DNA from: an uncultured delta proteobacterium
Lineage (GTDB): Bacteria > Desulfobacterota > Desulfobacteria > Desulfobacterales > JAFDCJ01
NCBI GenBank assembly: GCA_963769935.1
Contig: CAVYNY010000039.1
Coordinates: 1 to 64,000 of the forward strand
DNA: 64,000 bases
Reading direction: 5' to 3'
Position 1 is the stretch's first letter, and each line of letters opens with the position of its first letter. Position numbers and translations under genes: made by a program. A model generated the notes under the pieces. The model was not told where the DNA came from and ran no database searches. It saw only the letters and a list, made by a program, of their open reading frames with translations. Below are positions 19,608 through 30,795 of this stretch, piece by piece.

Positions 19608-21216
19608 ATGAACGTCCGAAACAACATTTATTTAGCTCTGACCAGCGGACTGCTCCTGGGGCTGCCCTGGTCCGTTTCAGCTTCGTTTTTTTTCGTTTTT
19701 TTTGCCTGGATGCCCCTTTTGCTGCTGGAAGAGGAGGTTCGGCATCACGCCAACCCCTATGCCATATTCAATTATGCCTTTGTCAGTTTTTTGCTGTGGA
19801 ATATCATCGGCAGCTGGTGGATTGCCCGGGCCCAATTTGTGGGAGCCCTCTTCATCATTCTCGCAAATTCACTGCTGCAGGCCCTGGTTTTCTGGCTGGC
19901 AAGCCGTATCCGGACCATCCTGAATATTCCCCTGTTGCTTCCTTTTCTGCTCCTTTGGATGGGCTTTGAGCATTTTCATCTATCCTGGGACCTGGCCTGG
20001 CCCTGGTTCAATCTGGGCAACGCACTGGCCACAGCGCCTGAACTCATCCAATGGTACGAGTTTACCGGCGTCCGCGGCGGAACGCTCTGGATAATCCTGG
20101 CCAATTTTGCGCTCTTGCGGGTGTATCATACATATCGCAAAAAAGGCCCGGGTTCCATCGCTCCGGTTTGGCGCAGCAACCCTGATGCTCTTTCTCGTCC
20201 CCATCTGTGTATCCTATCTTCTTTTGCACAATTTTAGAGAGGGAGGTGAAACCGTCAGTATAGCTCTGATTCAGCCCAACCTGGATCCGTACACGGAAAA
20301 ATTTGACCCCCAAAATTATGATCGACACATGCAGGCATTTTTCAGGACGGCGAATGCTGTTGTCGATGACAAAACCCAGTATCTGATCGGCCCGGAAACC
20401 CTAATTGTCGAACAGATTGACGAGAGAGACCCTGCCGCATCAATCTATTACCGGGATTTGCTGAAATTCCGGGAAAAATATCCCAAACTGAATATTCTCC
20501 TCGGCGTAGACAGCTACCGGAAGCTCGGCCAAGGAGACATTCCTCCGGGCAGTCGCTACAATCGCGAAAAAAATTTTTACTACGAGGCTTTTAATACAGC
20601 GCTTTTTATACCGGCCGGCTTTCCAGCTGCACCCCAGTTTTACCACAAAACCAAGTTGGTACCCCTGTTCGAGCGCATGCCCTTTGTGCAATATCTGCAC
20701 TTTTTGGGGAAATACGCCCTCGAGCTTGGCGGATACACGGGCACTTACAGCCTTCGTCCGGCGAGCCCTGCTTTTGTATTGCCGGATGCTTCGATCACCA
20801 TACTGCCGATTGTCTGCTTTGAATCCATTTTCGGCCCCTACTGCTCCCGGAACCTGCCAAAGGAAAAAGGCTTTATCTGTATGATTACCAACGACGGATG
20901 GTGGAAAAATACGCCCGGCTATCTGTACCATTTCAATTTCAGTCCGGTGCGCGCCATTGAAAACCGGCGCGATTTTGTTCGCGCAGCCAATACAGGAATT
21001 TCTGCACTGATTGATGCCACAGGCATGGTAATCGCGCAGACGCCCTGGTGGCAGAAAGCGACCCTTCAAGGGAGGGTTCATCTTCACCGGGGCCAAACTT
21101 TCTTTGCGCGACATGGTGATTATCTGGGCCGGTATTCTTTGGTGTTCGGGGGCTTGCTGATTGTGTACGCAGGGTATCGCAAGCTGAAAAAGTCACGCAT
21201 CCAGGGGCATCGGTAA
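19608..21216 (+). CDS. lnt: Apolipoprotein N-acyltransferase; apparent +1 frameshift at TTT 20167-20169
   Basis: WPWFNLGN and QWYEFTG in the first ORF; IQPN, GPET, YHKTKLVP, IVCFES, ITNDGWW and RAANTGIS in the second. Confidence 0.88.
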
Positions 21217-21283
21217 AGGATCCTGCCCACAGGACCCGGTTTTCAAGGTTAGAATAAAGACCTGTCCTTTAGGCGCTCTGAAA

Positions 21284-21886
21284 TCAGCGGTTGAGGTCGA
21301 CAGGCGGCATGGACCGGGAATGGTTTTTCCCGCTGACACCGTCATAAAAAGCCCTGATGGTTTTCATATCGGCCGAAAAATTTCCGGTGGGATAAACCAA
21401 AGGACCAAATCCGCCAACCTTGCGTCCATAGTCGAGAAAGCCGAGAACAATCGGAACTTCTGCGCCGCAGGCAATATGGTAGAATCCCGATTTCCATTTG
21501 ACAACGCTTTTACGCGTTCCGGACGGTGCGATGGTTAAAATGAGTTTTTTACTCCGTTGAAATTGTTGAATCGACTGCTCAACCAGATTTTCCGAGCGGG
21601 ACCGTTGGACGGGTATGCCCCCCAGCCATTGGAAAAAGCCCTTAAAGGGCCTGCGAAAGATAGCCTTTTTACCCATCCAGTGTATTCGGGCCCTGAAAGC
21701 AAAGGCCATCAATAGGGTAAAGGGCAAGTCCCAATTCGAGGTGTGCGGAGCACCAACCAGGACAAATTTTGGGATCTGCGGCAGCCGGCCTTCCGTGCGC
21801 CACCCGGCCAGTCTTAAGATGAAACGGGAGGCCCGGTGGAAAAATGCTTCCAGGCCCGGGGTATTGAATATTGTATGATTTACCAT
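21284..21886 (-). CDS. Lysophospholipid acyltransferase (PlsC family)
   Basis: APHTSNWD and IAPSGTR motifs. Confidence 0.88.
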   Translation of the reverse strand: MVNHTIFNTPGLEAFFHRASRFILRLAGWRTEGRLPQIPKFVLVGAPHTSNWDLPFTLLMAFAFRARIHWMGKKAIFRRPFKGFFQWLGGIPVQRSRSENLVEQSIQQFQRSKKLILTIAPSGTRKSVVKWKSGFYHIACGAEVPIVLGFLDYGRKVGGFGPLVYPTGNFSADMKTIRAFYDGVSGKNHSRSMPPVDLNR

Positions 21887-22004
21887 TGTTAAAATTGTTC
21901 ACATTTCCAAACGATGCCTCTGTACCCAAAGACATCCTAACTGCTAACATTAATCATTGTTCGGCGACAATTCAAACACGCCGGCCAAAGAAATAATATC
22001 CGGG

Positions 22005-22066
22005 GATCTTGGGAACGCCCATTAATTTATAACTTTCCCGTTGTTCGACAATAATGAAAGAGCAGG
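22005..22066 (+). repeat. ~63-bp dispersed repeat, copy 3
   Basis: GATCTTGGGAACGCCCATTAATTTATAACTTTCCCGTTGTTCGACAATAATGAAAGAGCAGG. Confidence 0.8.
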
Positions 22067-22306
22067 AAGGAATGGTCCCGGGGTCGAGATCGCATTCCGA
22101 TCTGATAATATCAGGTGCCGTTGACAGATGCGGTCAAACAAGATTGGTCGTAGTTGACGGTTCGGGGAGCCAGCGAAAGGGATAACAAAAAAAATATGGC
22201 AAAAAAACAGGTTTTAGGGGCGGAGGCGAGCGGACCAAATGCCGTTAAATTATTGAAAATTAATAAAACAGGTGGTAATTATTTCAGTAAAAAGGTGATC
22301 GGAAAC

Positions 22307-22804
22307 ATGATAGACGCTGAATATTGGATTAAAAAGCTTGGTCTAAAACGGCACCCCGAAGGCGGATATTTCAAAGAAACCTATCGATCCCGTGAAGTTA
22401 TTTTGAAGCACGCTTTACCAGCGCGTTTTAAGGGTGATCGCGTGTTCTCCACCTGTATTTATTTTTTATTGAACCAAAAAGACTTTTCTGCATTTCATGT
22501 TATTCAGCAAGATGAAGTCTGGCATTTTTACGAGGGCTCATCTTTAACCATTCATGTAATCGATCGAGAAGGAGAATACAACGCCGTAAAGTTGGGAAGA
22601 AACATTGAAAGCGGCGAATCTTTTCAGGCTGTTATCGGGGCCGGCTGTTGGTTTGCAGCAGCCGTGAATAACACGGAAGCATACGCTTTAGTGGGGTGCA
22701 CGGTCGCACCTGGATTTGACTTTGCCGATTTTGAAATGGCGGATCGCAAAAAACTTGTGGCGTTGTATCCCGACCATAGGGATATTATCGAAAAATACAC
22801 CTAA
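22307..22804 (+). CDS. Cupin_5 (DUF985) family protein
   Basis: HPEGGYFKETY, DEVWHFYEG and GCTVAPGFDFADF motifs. Confidence 0.92.
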   Translation: MIDAEYWIKKLGLKRHPEGGYFKETYRSREVILKHALPARFKGDRVFSTCIYFLLNQKDFSAFHVIQQDEVWHFYEGSSLTIHVIDREGEYNAVKLGRNIESGESFQAVIGAGCWFAAAVNNTEAYALVGCTVAPGFDFADFEMADRKKLVALYPDHRDIIEKYT

Positions 22805-22852
22805 AATTTCTGCATCATAAAAGGTCAAACGATGACTTCTCCCCTATTATGA

Positions 22853-23590
22853 TCATAACCCAAGTCTGGCTATACCGTAATTATAAGCATCCTTTAAAGT
22901 AAAAATTTTCTCAATATCTTCATCAGGGATTTCCACATTAAATTCTTCTTCAAAAGACAAGACAAGCTCAACCAAGTCCAAGGAATCTGCACCAAGATCA
23001 TCAACAAAAGCAGCTTCGGGTACAACCTCTCCGGGATCAACAGAAAGCCTTTCGACAATTATTCTGGCCATTTTGTCCCACAACTTTTCTTTATCCAACG
23101 TCGTATCAACATCGTCTTTGCGTTTAGCCTCAGCCTCCCCTTGCTTGCGTTTGCGCACCGTTGCCAATGGTCGCCCCGCTTTTTCGATTTTCAGGGGTGA
23201 TGGACCGAGAATTGCTGAAAGGTCGGAAATAAGCTTTTCAAACTCAGGAGAAGATTGGGCGGGGTCCCAACTAACAAGGTCTGCGGCTTGTATGCCCCCA
23301 AAGCCCAGTGGGGGCCGTACCCTATCGATTAATATTGGGATCAATATATTCCGCTCAAGCCCCCTATCAGCTTCTTCCTGCACCCATCTTGAATCTACTG
23401 ATGTTTTAGACCATGCTACGATGACTGAGCGTGCGCTTTCGAGGGCATCTCCAATTACTTGACGCCAAGTTTTACCAGCCGGAATCGTCCGATCCCAAAA
23501 TACAGACCAACCATTCTTTTCAAGGGCTGTTACAATTGGCGCTATCTTTGATCTATCCTCTCTCGCATAGCTAATGAAAATGTCAGTCAT
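22853..23590 (-). CDS. TIR domain-acyl carrier protein fusion
   Basis: N-terminal [11 protein letters not shown]...VFWDR...SRWVQEEA (TIR); C-terminal [31 protein letters not shown] (ACP with the phosphopantetheine Ser). Confidence 0.9.
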   Translation of the reverse strand: MTDIFISYAREDRSKIAPIVTALEKNGWSVFWDRTIPAGKTWRQVIGDALESARSVIVAWSKTSVDSRWVQEEADRGLERNILIPILIDRVRPPLGFGGIQAADLVSWDPAQSSPEFEKLISDLSAILGPSPLKIEKAGRPLATVRKRKQGEAEAKRKDDVDTTLDKEKLWDKMARIIVERLSVDPGEVVPEAAFVDDLGADSLDLVELVLSFEEEFNVEIPDEDIEKIFTLKDAYNYGIARLGL

Positions 23591-23848
23591 AACCTTTATT
23601 CCTTAGCAGTTTAATTGCAACGTACAGTTTGCCGTTAGCACAACTTTCCGGAATGGTGAAATTGAACATAATAAATAAACTATTCAATCAGATAGGTCAA
23701 TTTATTTTCAATCGATTTTACCCAGGCAAGTCTTGTTAACCTATTTTACCAGAACGGGAAGACTCAGGTACGTCCGCCGGGGAATATGAGGATGTGAAAG
23801 ACTTGCTCAACAGCCTGAAGGGTGAATGGGCCGCAACAGCGGAGCTGA

Positions 23849-24235
23849 TCAGTTGCGAGGGCACGGAAGATGAACCACGTGAGGAGATCGAAAATTATTC
23901 AATGGGGAAATGAAAACCGCGTCGTAAAAAACAGTCTCCTTCAGGGCTTTGATGGCATCCCGGCTGAAATAAAGCGCCATGAGCTCCGACAGGCTGAAGG
24001 GGACGGGAACCGGCTTTCGGGCGGACTCCAGCAGCGCCCAGAAACCGGTGCCGTTGATCCTTTCGTTGTAGATCGGAAAACCGGCCGCCTGCAGAGCATC
24101 CAGATCCCGGTAGACGGTGCGGGGGTGGCAGTCCAGGTCGGCCGCCAGGTCGTTGACGGATTTGCCGTATATCGAACAAAGCAGTTTTTGAACAATCATC
24201 CACTGCCTTGCCAGTTGATCTCCACGAGCCATCAT
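23849..24235 (-). pseudogene. Truncated YafY/WYL-type HTH regulator (N-terminal HTH only)
   Basis: MARGDQLARQW...CHPRTVYRDLDALQAAGFPIY...FSLSELMALY; breaks off before any WYL domain. Confidence 0.8.
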
Positions 24236-24571
24236 CGCCTCCTTTTATTCCAACATTGAAAACCTGGTCCTCTGGGCCGGGATTCTTTACTTCTATTAGG
24301 ACGCAGATTCACAAAGGTTCTCAGCGATATACAAAGATTATATCGGCTATGGCTCGCTGGAACTTTAACCGGTAAGACCGTTCAACAAGACTGGCCGGCT
24401 GTTTCAAAGGACCTTGATAAGATGGTGCTGGAACCAGAAAAGTTCACCGGAGACAATTAATGAAATAAATGGTAAACGAGAGGCTGTCCAGAGGTTTGGA
24501 CCCACTTTTTCAACGGCAAAAAATTGAGGAATAATGAGGGTTATGAACCCTTCCAATCGAAAGATCCATAT

Positions 24572-27235
24572 ATGTATGACCTTATGATTTCCTACTCAAG
24601 AAATGATATCCCTTTTGTCCAAAAAATCGCCGACCTTCTTGCCGCCAAAGGGAAAGAAGTCTGGGTGGATCTAAAGGGTATATTTTATGGTGAAGAATGG
24701 TTGGAGAGAATATTTGCTGCCATAGAAGATTCGGATAATATGCTTTTTGTCCTGAGTCCTGATTCGATCAAATCTAAATATTGTATTTATGAAATCAAAC
24801 ATGCCCTAAACCACCACAAAAACATCTTGCCGATTTTATTCCGGGAAATAGCCCAAATCCAAACAATTCCTAAATATATCAGTAAACTGCAGTGGCTGAA
24901 TTACGAAAAAGATACCGATATGGATGCCGTGATCAGGGGCATTGTGGAGTTTGTCGAAGAAAATCCCAATCAGAAAAGATATCACAGCCAATTACTCAAC
25001 CGGGCCCGCCAGTGGAAAAAATTCGGACATGACAGCAGTTTGATTATGGGAAAAGACCTCGAAGAGGCAGCTGATTGGCTCAAAATATTTGAAAAAAAAT
25101 TTAAAATGAAATCCTCTTCATTGGAAAGGGAATTTATTCAAGCCAGCATTAACAAAGCCAGTCTGGTCTCGGAAATGCGGTCTGATTTGATATCCAACCA
25201 AATTCTCCGCGATCCAAACCTCGATCCGGAATTAGGAGTTGCCTTATCATTGGCGACAATTAAGGAAAACATGCTGACCGATAAATCAATTCTGGCATTA
25301 ACGCATAACCTGAAGTACGTGAAAACCATCGCTCTTTTTGACAAACATAATAAGGAAGCATTCGATAAGGAAGTTCACAGCGTTAGTATTACCTCGGATG
25401 AGCGGTTTGCCGCATCGGCCGGGGGTGACGGAACGGTACGAATTTGGAGCATAGCGACCCTTCAGGAAAAAACAGTTTACGATAGGCATGCACGCAACGC
25501 CGGCGGCGAAGCTTGGGCCGTGATGGCAGTAGATTGGTCGCCGGATAACCGTTTGATCGCATCCGGCGGCAAAGATGGTGTCCTGAGGATCTGGCATCCT
25601 TTTGAGATTGAGGATATCGCGGTGCTGCAGAAACACCAACATTGGATAAACGACCTGAAGTGGTCCCCGGACGGAAATTTCGTTGCTTCCTGTTCTCGTG
25701 ACGGCTCATTGTTGATTTGGGATACCCGGAACTGGAATCCGATAAGAAAGTTTCAATTCAGCCAATATTCATCGATTCGGGCGTTGTCCTGGAATCATGA
25801 CGCAAGCCGGATTGCAGCGGTTTCAGATTCGGGATTTATTCGGATACTCGACCCCCTGGTCGGAAAGATTTTGATGAAAAGACGCCTGTCAAAACAGGAC
25901 GCTGTATTATCTGTGGATTGGCATAGGATTACCGGCTTGATAATAACTTTTGCCAACATGATTGAAGATGAGGGAGCCGCAGTTCATATTTTGAATCCAG
26001 GCGATCTCACGGACGTTCATAAATACAACTTTCAAAAAGAATATATCCGTGATGTTAAATGGTCGAAAAATGGTGAACGGTTTGCTGCCGGGACAGACCA
26101 GGCAAGGGTATATATCTGCCAAGCCTTGAAGAAACCGGATGCGCAGATCCTGGTCGGCCATAAGAATGAAATTTCCAGTATGGCCTGGCTCGAGAACGAT
26201 ACGAAACTTGTCACATCCTCGGAAGATGCAACTGTTCGCATTTGGACCCTGGATGAAGAGCAAAAATCGCAAGTTATCGCAAAGCAATCAACGATTGTTG
26301 CCGAAGTGGGATGGACATCTGACGGCAATAAATTGATAATAGGCGGTTTTGATGGCCGGATTGATGTGCTTGACGCCCAAGATTTTAAAAAATTGCTGAC
26401 AATGCGACCTTATCCCAGGAATCATATACATCACTGGACTTTATCGCCGGACGGCTCGAAAATACTGATCGGCGCTGATTGCCGAATCGCCCGTCTGTGG
26501 GACGTCACCTCCGGCACTCAACTGCATGAGTTTAAAACTTTCAAAAATTGGACCAATGGCGTAGCCTGGTGCCCGAGAAACCAGTATATCGCCATTGGAG
26601 ATTGTGATATTCGCATCTACGAGACCCAGGATTTTCAACAGGTTAAAATTTTAAAAGGTCATGAAGAAGCTTTGGAAATAGTTGACTGGTCACCCAACGG
26701 CAGGTTTTTGGCCAGCACGGGTCTTGATATGCTGCTTATCATTTGGGATATGGATAGGATGGAAATGCCCTGGAAAATAAAGTGTCATGATGACAAGGTT
26801 TTTGCGTTGGCCTGGTCACCGGATAGTAAATATGTCGTTACAGGAGGGAAGGATAATACCGCTAAGGTCTGGCAAATTATGGATGAGAGGCCGGTCAGCA
26901 TTTTCTTAGACCATGATGCCCCCGTTTATTGCGCCAAGTGGGCTCCCAATGGAAGGTTGGTCGCAACGGGTTCGGGTGATCGTACTATTCGAATCTGGAA
27001 CCCTGCCACGGGGGAGGGTTTAATTACACTTACCGTACAAGAAGGACCGGCACACAGCATTTGTTGGGATCAAACCGGCAGTAAACTTATAAGCGGCAGT
27101 GAGGAAGGCAGTGTCAGACTCTGGGAATTAGTTGTTGAAAAAGAAAAATTGGTAGCTATTGCTAAAAGCAGAATAGTTAAGTCTTTAACTGAGAAGGAAA
27201 GATCAGAATTTGGGTTATTAAAAGAGCTTTACTAA
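24572..27235 (+). CDS. TIR domain + WD40 beta-propeller protein
   Basis: YDLMISYSR...VWVD...SKYCIYEI (TIR), a helical linker, then about 14 WD repeats (WSPDG...ASGG.DG..RIW). Confidence 0.92.
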   Translation: MYDLMISYSRNDIPFVQKIADLLAAKGKEVWVDLKGIFYGEEWLERIFAAIEDSDNMLFVLSPDSIKSKYCIYEIKHALNHHKNILPILFREIAQIQTIPKYISKLQWLNYEKDTDMDAVIRGIVEFVEENPNQKRYHSQLLNRARQWKKFGHDSSLIMGKDLEEAADWLKIFEKKFKMKSSSLEREFIQASINKASLVSEMRSDLISNQILRDPNLDPELGVALSLATIKENMLTDKSILALTHNLKYVKTIALFDKHNKEAFDKEVHSVSITSDERFAASAGGDGTVRIWSIATLQEKTVYDRHARNAGGEAWAVMAVDWSPDNRLIASGGKDGVLRIWHPFEIEDIAVLQKHQHWINDLKWSPDGNFVASCSRDGSLLIWDTRNWNPIRKFQFSQYSSIRALSWNHDASRIAAVSDSGFIRILDPLVGKILMKRRLSKQDAVLSVDWHRITGLIITFANMIEDEGAAVHILNPGDLTDVHKYNFQKEYIRDVKWSKNGERFAAGTDQARVYICQALKKPDAQILVGHKNEISSMAWLENDTKLVTSSEDATVRIWTLDEEQKSQVIAKQSTIVAEVGWTSDGNKLIIGGFDGRIDVLDAQDFKKLLTMRPYPRNHIHHWTLSPDGSKILIGADCRIARLWDVTSGTQLHEFKTFKNWTNGVAWCPRNQYIAIGDCDIRIYETQDFQQVKILKGHEEALEIVDWSPNGRFLASTGLDMLLIIWDMDRMEMPWKIKCHDDKVFALAWSPDSKYVVTGGKDNTAKVWQIMDERPVSIFLDHDAPVYCAKWAPNGRLVATGSGDRTIRIWNPATGEGLITLTVQEGPAHSICWDQTGSKLISGSEEGSVRLWELVVEKEKLVAIAKSRIVKSLTEKERSEFGLLKELY

Positions 27236-27329
27236 TATGCCGGAATCGGCCGGTTCGCAAAATGTGTCCGGTATAGATTCATCGGGGCATTGTTCAAATC
27301 GAAAACGACACCCCTGGAATTCATGGTCG

Positions 27330-28907
27330 TCACGCCGGCGCCTTCCGGCCTGGCAGGAATTTTTCGCCGATGCGCCCAAACACGGCCACCTGTTCAGTTT
27401 CCCATTGTTCGTCATAACCGAGTTCGGCGGCCATCAGGGCGGCCACCTTCGGAGCCGCCTGCAGGGCCGCTTTAGCATTAAGAAAAAGACTGCGGGTTCG
27501 CCGCGCCAGGAAGTCGTCGACTGTGCGCGCCGCTTCGAACCTGACCGCCCAGACGACCTCGCCGCAAAGCGCAGACAGTGTCGGATGAATGCGTTCCTGA
27601 TGAAAAGCCTCGGCCCGCAGCAGGTCCTGAAGGGCCGGTGCGTCAGAGCCGTAATTTGCCAGGGTGCCGAATTTCTGCGGTCTTTTATGGTAGCCGTGGA
27701 TATTGAGCCGCTTGGTGACACAGGGTCTGGCGTCCAGACCGGCCAGGGTGGCGGCATGATCGACACAGTCCTGGGCCATCTGCCGATACGTCGTCCACTT
27801 GCCGCCCGCAATGGTGAGCAGCCCTGAGTTTGAAATGACAATGGTGTGGTCCCGCGAAAGTGAAGCCGTGTTCTTATCGTCGCTGGCCCCGACCAGGGGC
27901 CGAACCCCGGCAAAAACACTGAGGATGTCGTCGCGGGACGGAGCCTTTTGCAGATACGTGCCGGCCGTTTCCAAAATGAAGTCTATCTCCTCCGGCAGCG
28001 CACGCGGCTCGAGGGGTATATCAGCAATCGGAGTGTCGGTTGTCCCCACGAGGGTTGCCCCGAGATAGGGAATGGCAAACATCACCCGGCCGTCTTTGGT
28101 GTGGGGCACCATGATGGCGGACTTGCCCGGCAGAAAGCTTTTGTCGAAGACCAGATGAATTCCCTGGCTGGGTGAGATCAAGGGCCCTGCTGCGGGGTCA
28201 TCCATCCGGCGCAGATGATCGGCAAAGGGGCCGGTCGCATTAATGACAGCGCGGGCTTTGACGTGGTATTCTTTGCCCGTTTCAATGTCTTCAAAGACCG
28301 CACCGTTCAGGTACCCCGCCCGGTCATTGGTAAAAGCCACAACCCGGGCGTAGTTGAGCAATGTCGCGCCCTGCTCGGCAGCCGTCCGGGCCAGGTTTAT
28401 GAGAAGTCTGGCGTCGTCGAACTGGCCGTCATAGTAAATGACGCCCCCGCGCAGGCCTTCCGTTTTTAGCGTCGGTATCCGCTGAACGGTTTCAGCGGAC
28501 GAAAGAATCCTGGAAGGACCAAAACCATAGCGCCCCGCCAGCAAATCGTATACCTTAAGCCCGATTCCGTAGAAAGGCGCCTCCCACCAGTCGTAGTTCG
28601 GTACGATGAAGGCCAGATCATGAACCAGGTGGGGCGCATTTTCCCGCAGGATGCCGCGTTCTTTCAAGGCTTCCATCACCAGCGTGATATTCCCCTGCTG
28701 AAGATAACGCACCCCCCCATGAATTAATTTGGTGCTGCGCGAGGAAGTGCCCTTGCCGAAATCGCTTTGTTCAAGCAGCAAAATATCATAGCCGCGGGAA
28801 GCCGCATCAACGGCGATACCGATGCCGGTAGCCCCGCCGCCGACAACCAGCAGGTCCCACGGTTGGGTGCGATCCATGATTCTGCTTGTCATTTCCCCAC
28901 GGTTCAT
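27330..28907 (-). CDS. glpD: FAD-dependent glycerol-3-phosphate dehydrogenase
   Basis: VGGGATG, GTSSRSTKLIHGGVRYL, DGQFDDAR and GGKWTTYR motifs. Confidence 0.95.
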   Translation of the reverse strand: MNRGEMTSRIMDRTQPWDLLVVGGGATGIGIAVDAASRGYDILLLEQSDFGKGTSSRSTKLIHGGVRYLQQGNITLVMEALKERGILRENAPHLVHDLAFIVPNYDWWEAPFYGIGLKVYDLLAGRYGFGPSRILSSAETVQRIPTLKTEGLRGGVIYYDGQFDDARLLINLARTAAEQGATLLNYARVVAFTNDRAGYLNGAVFEDIETGKEYHVKARAVINATGPFADHLRRMDDPAAGPLISPSQGIHLVFDKSFLPGKSAIMVPHTKDGRVMFAIPYLGATLVGTTDTPIADIPLEPRALPEEIDFILETAGTYLQKAPSRDDILSVFAGVRPLVGASDDKNTASLSRDHTIVISNSGLLTIAGGKWTTYRQMAQDCVDHAATLAGLDARPCVTKRLNIHGYHKRPQKFGTLANYGSDAPALQDLLRAEAFHQERIHPTLSALCGEVVWAVRFEAARTVDDFLARRTRSLFLNAKAALQAAPKVAALMAAELGYDEQWETEQVAVFGRIGEKFLPGRKAPA

Positions 28908-29024
28908 CGCGTGATCCTTGCAGGACCGGCCGGGAGCCGGGTGCCGCGGCCATCCGGCCCGGCCGAAGCCCGGCAGCCCGTCGGACGGTTGGAATGTGTC
29001 TGCCGGATGATTCCGGCATCCAGA

Positions 29025-29342
29025 TCATCGATGGGCTTCAAGGCAGACAACCCCCTGCGGCCCCACGACGGCATCGTGCACCACACCGGCGGCAAGGTCG
29101 AGTCTATCGCCTGTTTGCAGATAAACGGAATCACCTTTCTCCGGCAGGCCGAATGTGATCGAGCCGCTGACAACGTAGATTACTTTGTCATAACTGTGGT
29201 TGTGGGCGCCGTATACATCGCCGGGCCCGTTGGACCAGGTGTAAGGATTTAATCCTTCGTCGGCCATTATTTTCAGCAGGACCGCCTTGTCCGGCCTGAT
29301 ATCCGCGGGCCATTTCGTTTTCTTTACGTTTTTGGCATTCAC
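29025..29342 (-). CDS. Cupin domain protein
   Basis: HNHSYDK...VVHDAVVG motif. Confidence 0.85.
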   Translation of the reverse strand: MNAKNVKKTKWPADIRPDKAVLLKIMADEGLNPYTWSNGPGDVYGAHNHSYDKVIYVVSGSITFGLPEKGDSVYLQTGDRLDLAAGVVHDAVVGPQGVVCLEAHR

Positions 29343-29497
29343 AGTCGGCTCCTTTGGCCGATAAAAAATCAGATAGCACCAGTCTAAATCTTAATTATAA
29401 AACATCATTCGAAATTTAAAAGGCGGCATCGACCGACAGTCTAACTTCAAATGTTTGCCGGACCGAAGCAACTTTTTGAGGATCCAGGCAATCAATG

Positions 29498-30457
29498 TTA
29501 AAAGCGGGGCCGGTTAGGGGCTTGGAGCCGCATCGCTAAACTCCGGATATGTCGGTCGTCGGTTCCGCAGCAGCCTCCCAGGAGCTTTAAACCGAAGTCC
29601 GTATGCAGTCCGGCAATCGTCCGGGAAAAGGTGTCCGGGTCCTCCTCCACCAGGCTTTCACAGTTGTCCAGCTGTTCGGGGGTCAGGGCGGCCGTGTTGG
29701 CGAACAGGCCGATGATGCGCTGCCTGGCATGCAAAGAGGAATGCTCCCTGTGCGCCAGGGCGCTTTTCAAAAACGAAGCATGGGTGCAGTTGGCCATAAA
29801 GGCTAGGGGGCGTGGGCTGACGGTGTCCTCGATGGCCGCCAAAGCCTGCTTCAGGGGCGTGCCGTCGAGCAGCGTGCCTTCAGGCCGCACCACGAATGAA
29901 ACCACATAAGGCATTCCGGTGCCGGCCAGGGCGGTTGCCAGCCCGATTGCCTCGCTGAGCGCCGGCAAGGTAGCGGCAAGCAGAAAGTCCGCTCCGGCTT
30001 CCGCCAGCCTTTCGGCCTGCCAGGTGTGAAATCGATAGGCCTCTTCGGTGTCGAGGGCTTCGGACGGGTTGTAGGCATTTCCACGGCAGCTCAACAGACC
30101 GCAAATAGCGACCTTTTGGGCGTACGGCCGGTAGCTTGCGCGCAGCGCATCCAGAAACCGGAAATTATCGCCGTTCAAATCCCGGCTGCCGTATCCGGCC
30201 GCCTCAATCCTCTCCCGGCTGGCTCGCCAGGTAGGGGTGGAAAGCACCAGCGGCAAATCGTACTCAAAACCGATGTCCAGGTATTGCCGGTAGATCGTCT
30301 CGATGGCTGAACGGTTGGCATCGTCGTAAATAAAGGCCGAATTGACCACGTGCGGGTCGAGTTCGCAGCCGCCGCGGCGCAAACGCTCGATGACGGCACC
30401 CTCGCCGAGAATGCGCGAATGTTGATCGAAAAATTGATGGATGTCCATGGGCTCCAT
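29498..30457 (-). CDS. Homocysteine S-methyltransferase family protein
   Basis: TPTWRAS, ANCTH and LLGGCCGTD motifs. Confidence 0.9.
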   Translation of the reverse strand: MEPMDIHQFFDQHSRILGEGAVIERLRRGGCELDPHVVNSAFIYDDANRSAIETIYRQYLDIGFEYDLPLVLSTPTWRASRERIEAAGYGSRDLNGDNFRFLDALRASYRPYAQKVAICGLLSCRGNAYNPSEALDTEEAYRFHTWQAERLAEAGADFLLAATLPALSEAIGLATALAGTGMPYVVSFVVRPEGTLLDGTPLKQALAAIEDTVSPRPLAFMANCTHASFLKSALAHREHSSLHARQRIIGLFANTAALTPEQLDNCESLVEEDPDTFSRTIAGLHTDFGLKLLGGCCGTDDRHIRSLAMRLQAPNRPRF

Positions 30458-30795
30458 ATTATGTCAACTTTGGGATACGTTTTTCTGCAAATATCTTTAA
30501 ATCTATACCAGAATGCAACGTATGAAAAGAAGAAATGTTCCCAAACTTTATGAGGGGATTCCGCCATGCTCTTTAAAGCAGTAAAATCACGGCAATTAAA
30601 CTTGTAAAATCGCGGAATCTAAAATATAAAAATTCTGTTTGCTTCATTTAAGTGGGGTAGTGACAGGGAGACGCTTTTTCGTGGAGGCACCATTTATTCT
30701 GGCCCGAGTAAACAGATCCCATTCAGGTCAATGCTGTCCGAGTACATGTTGGAAAGGCTTTGCTGCACTCAACATGCCGATAAAGGGAGGGACCG

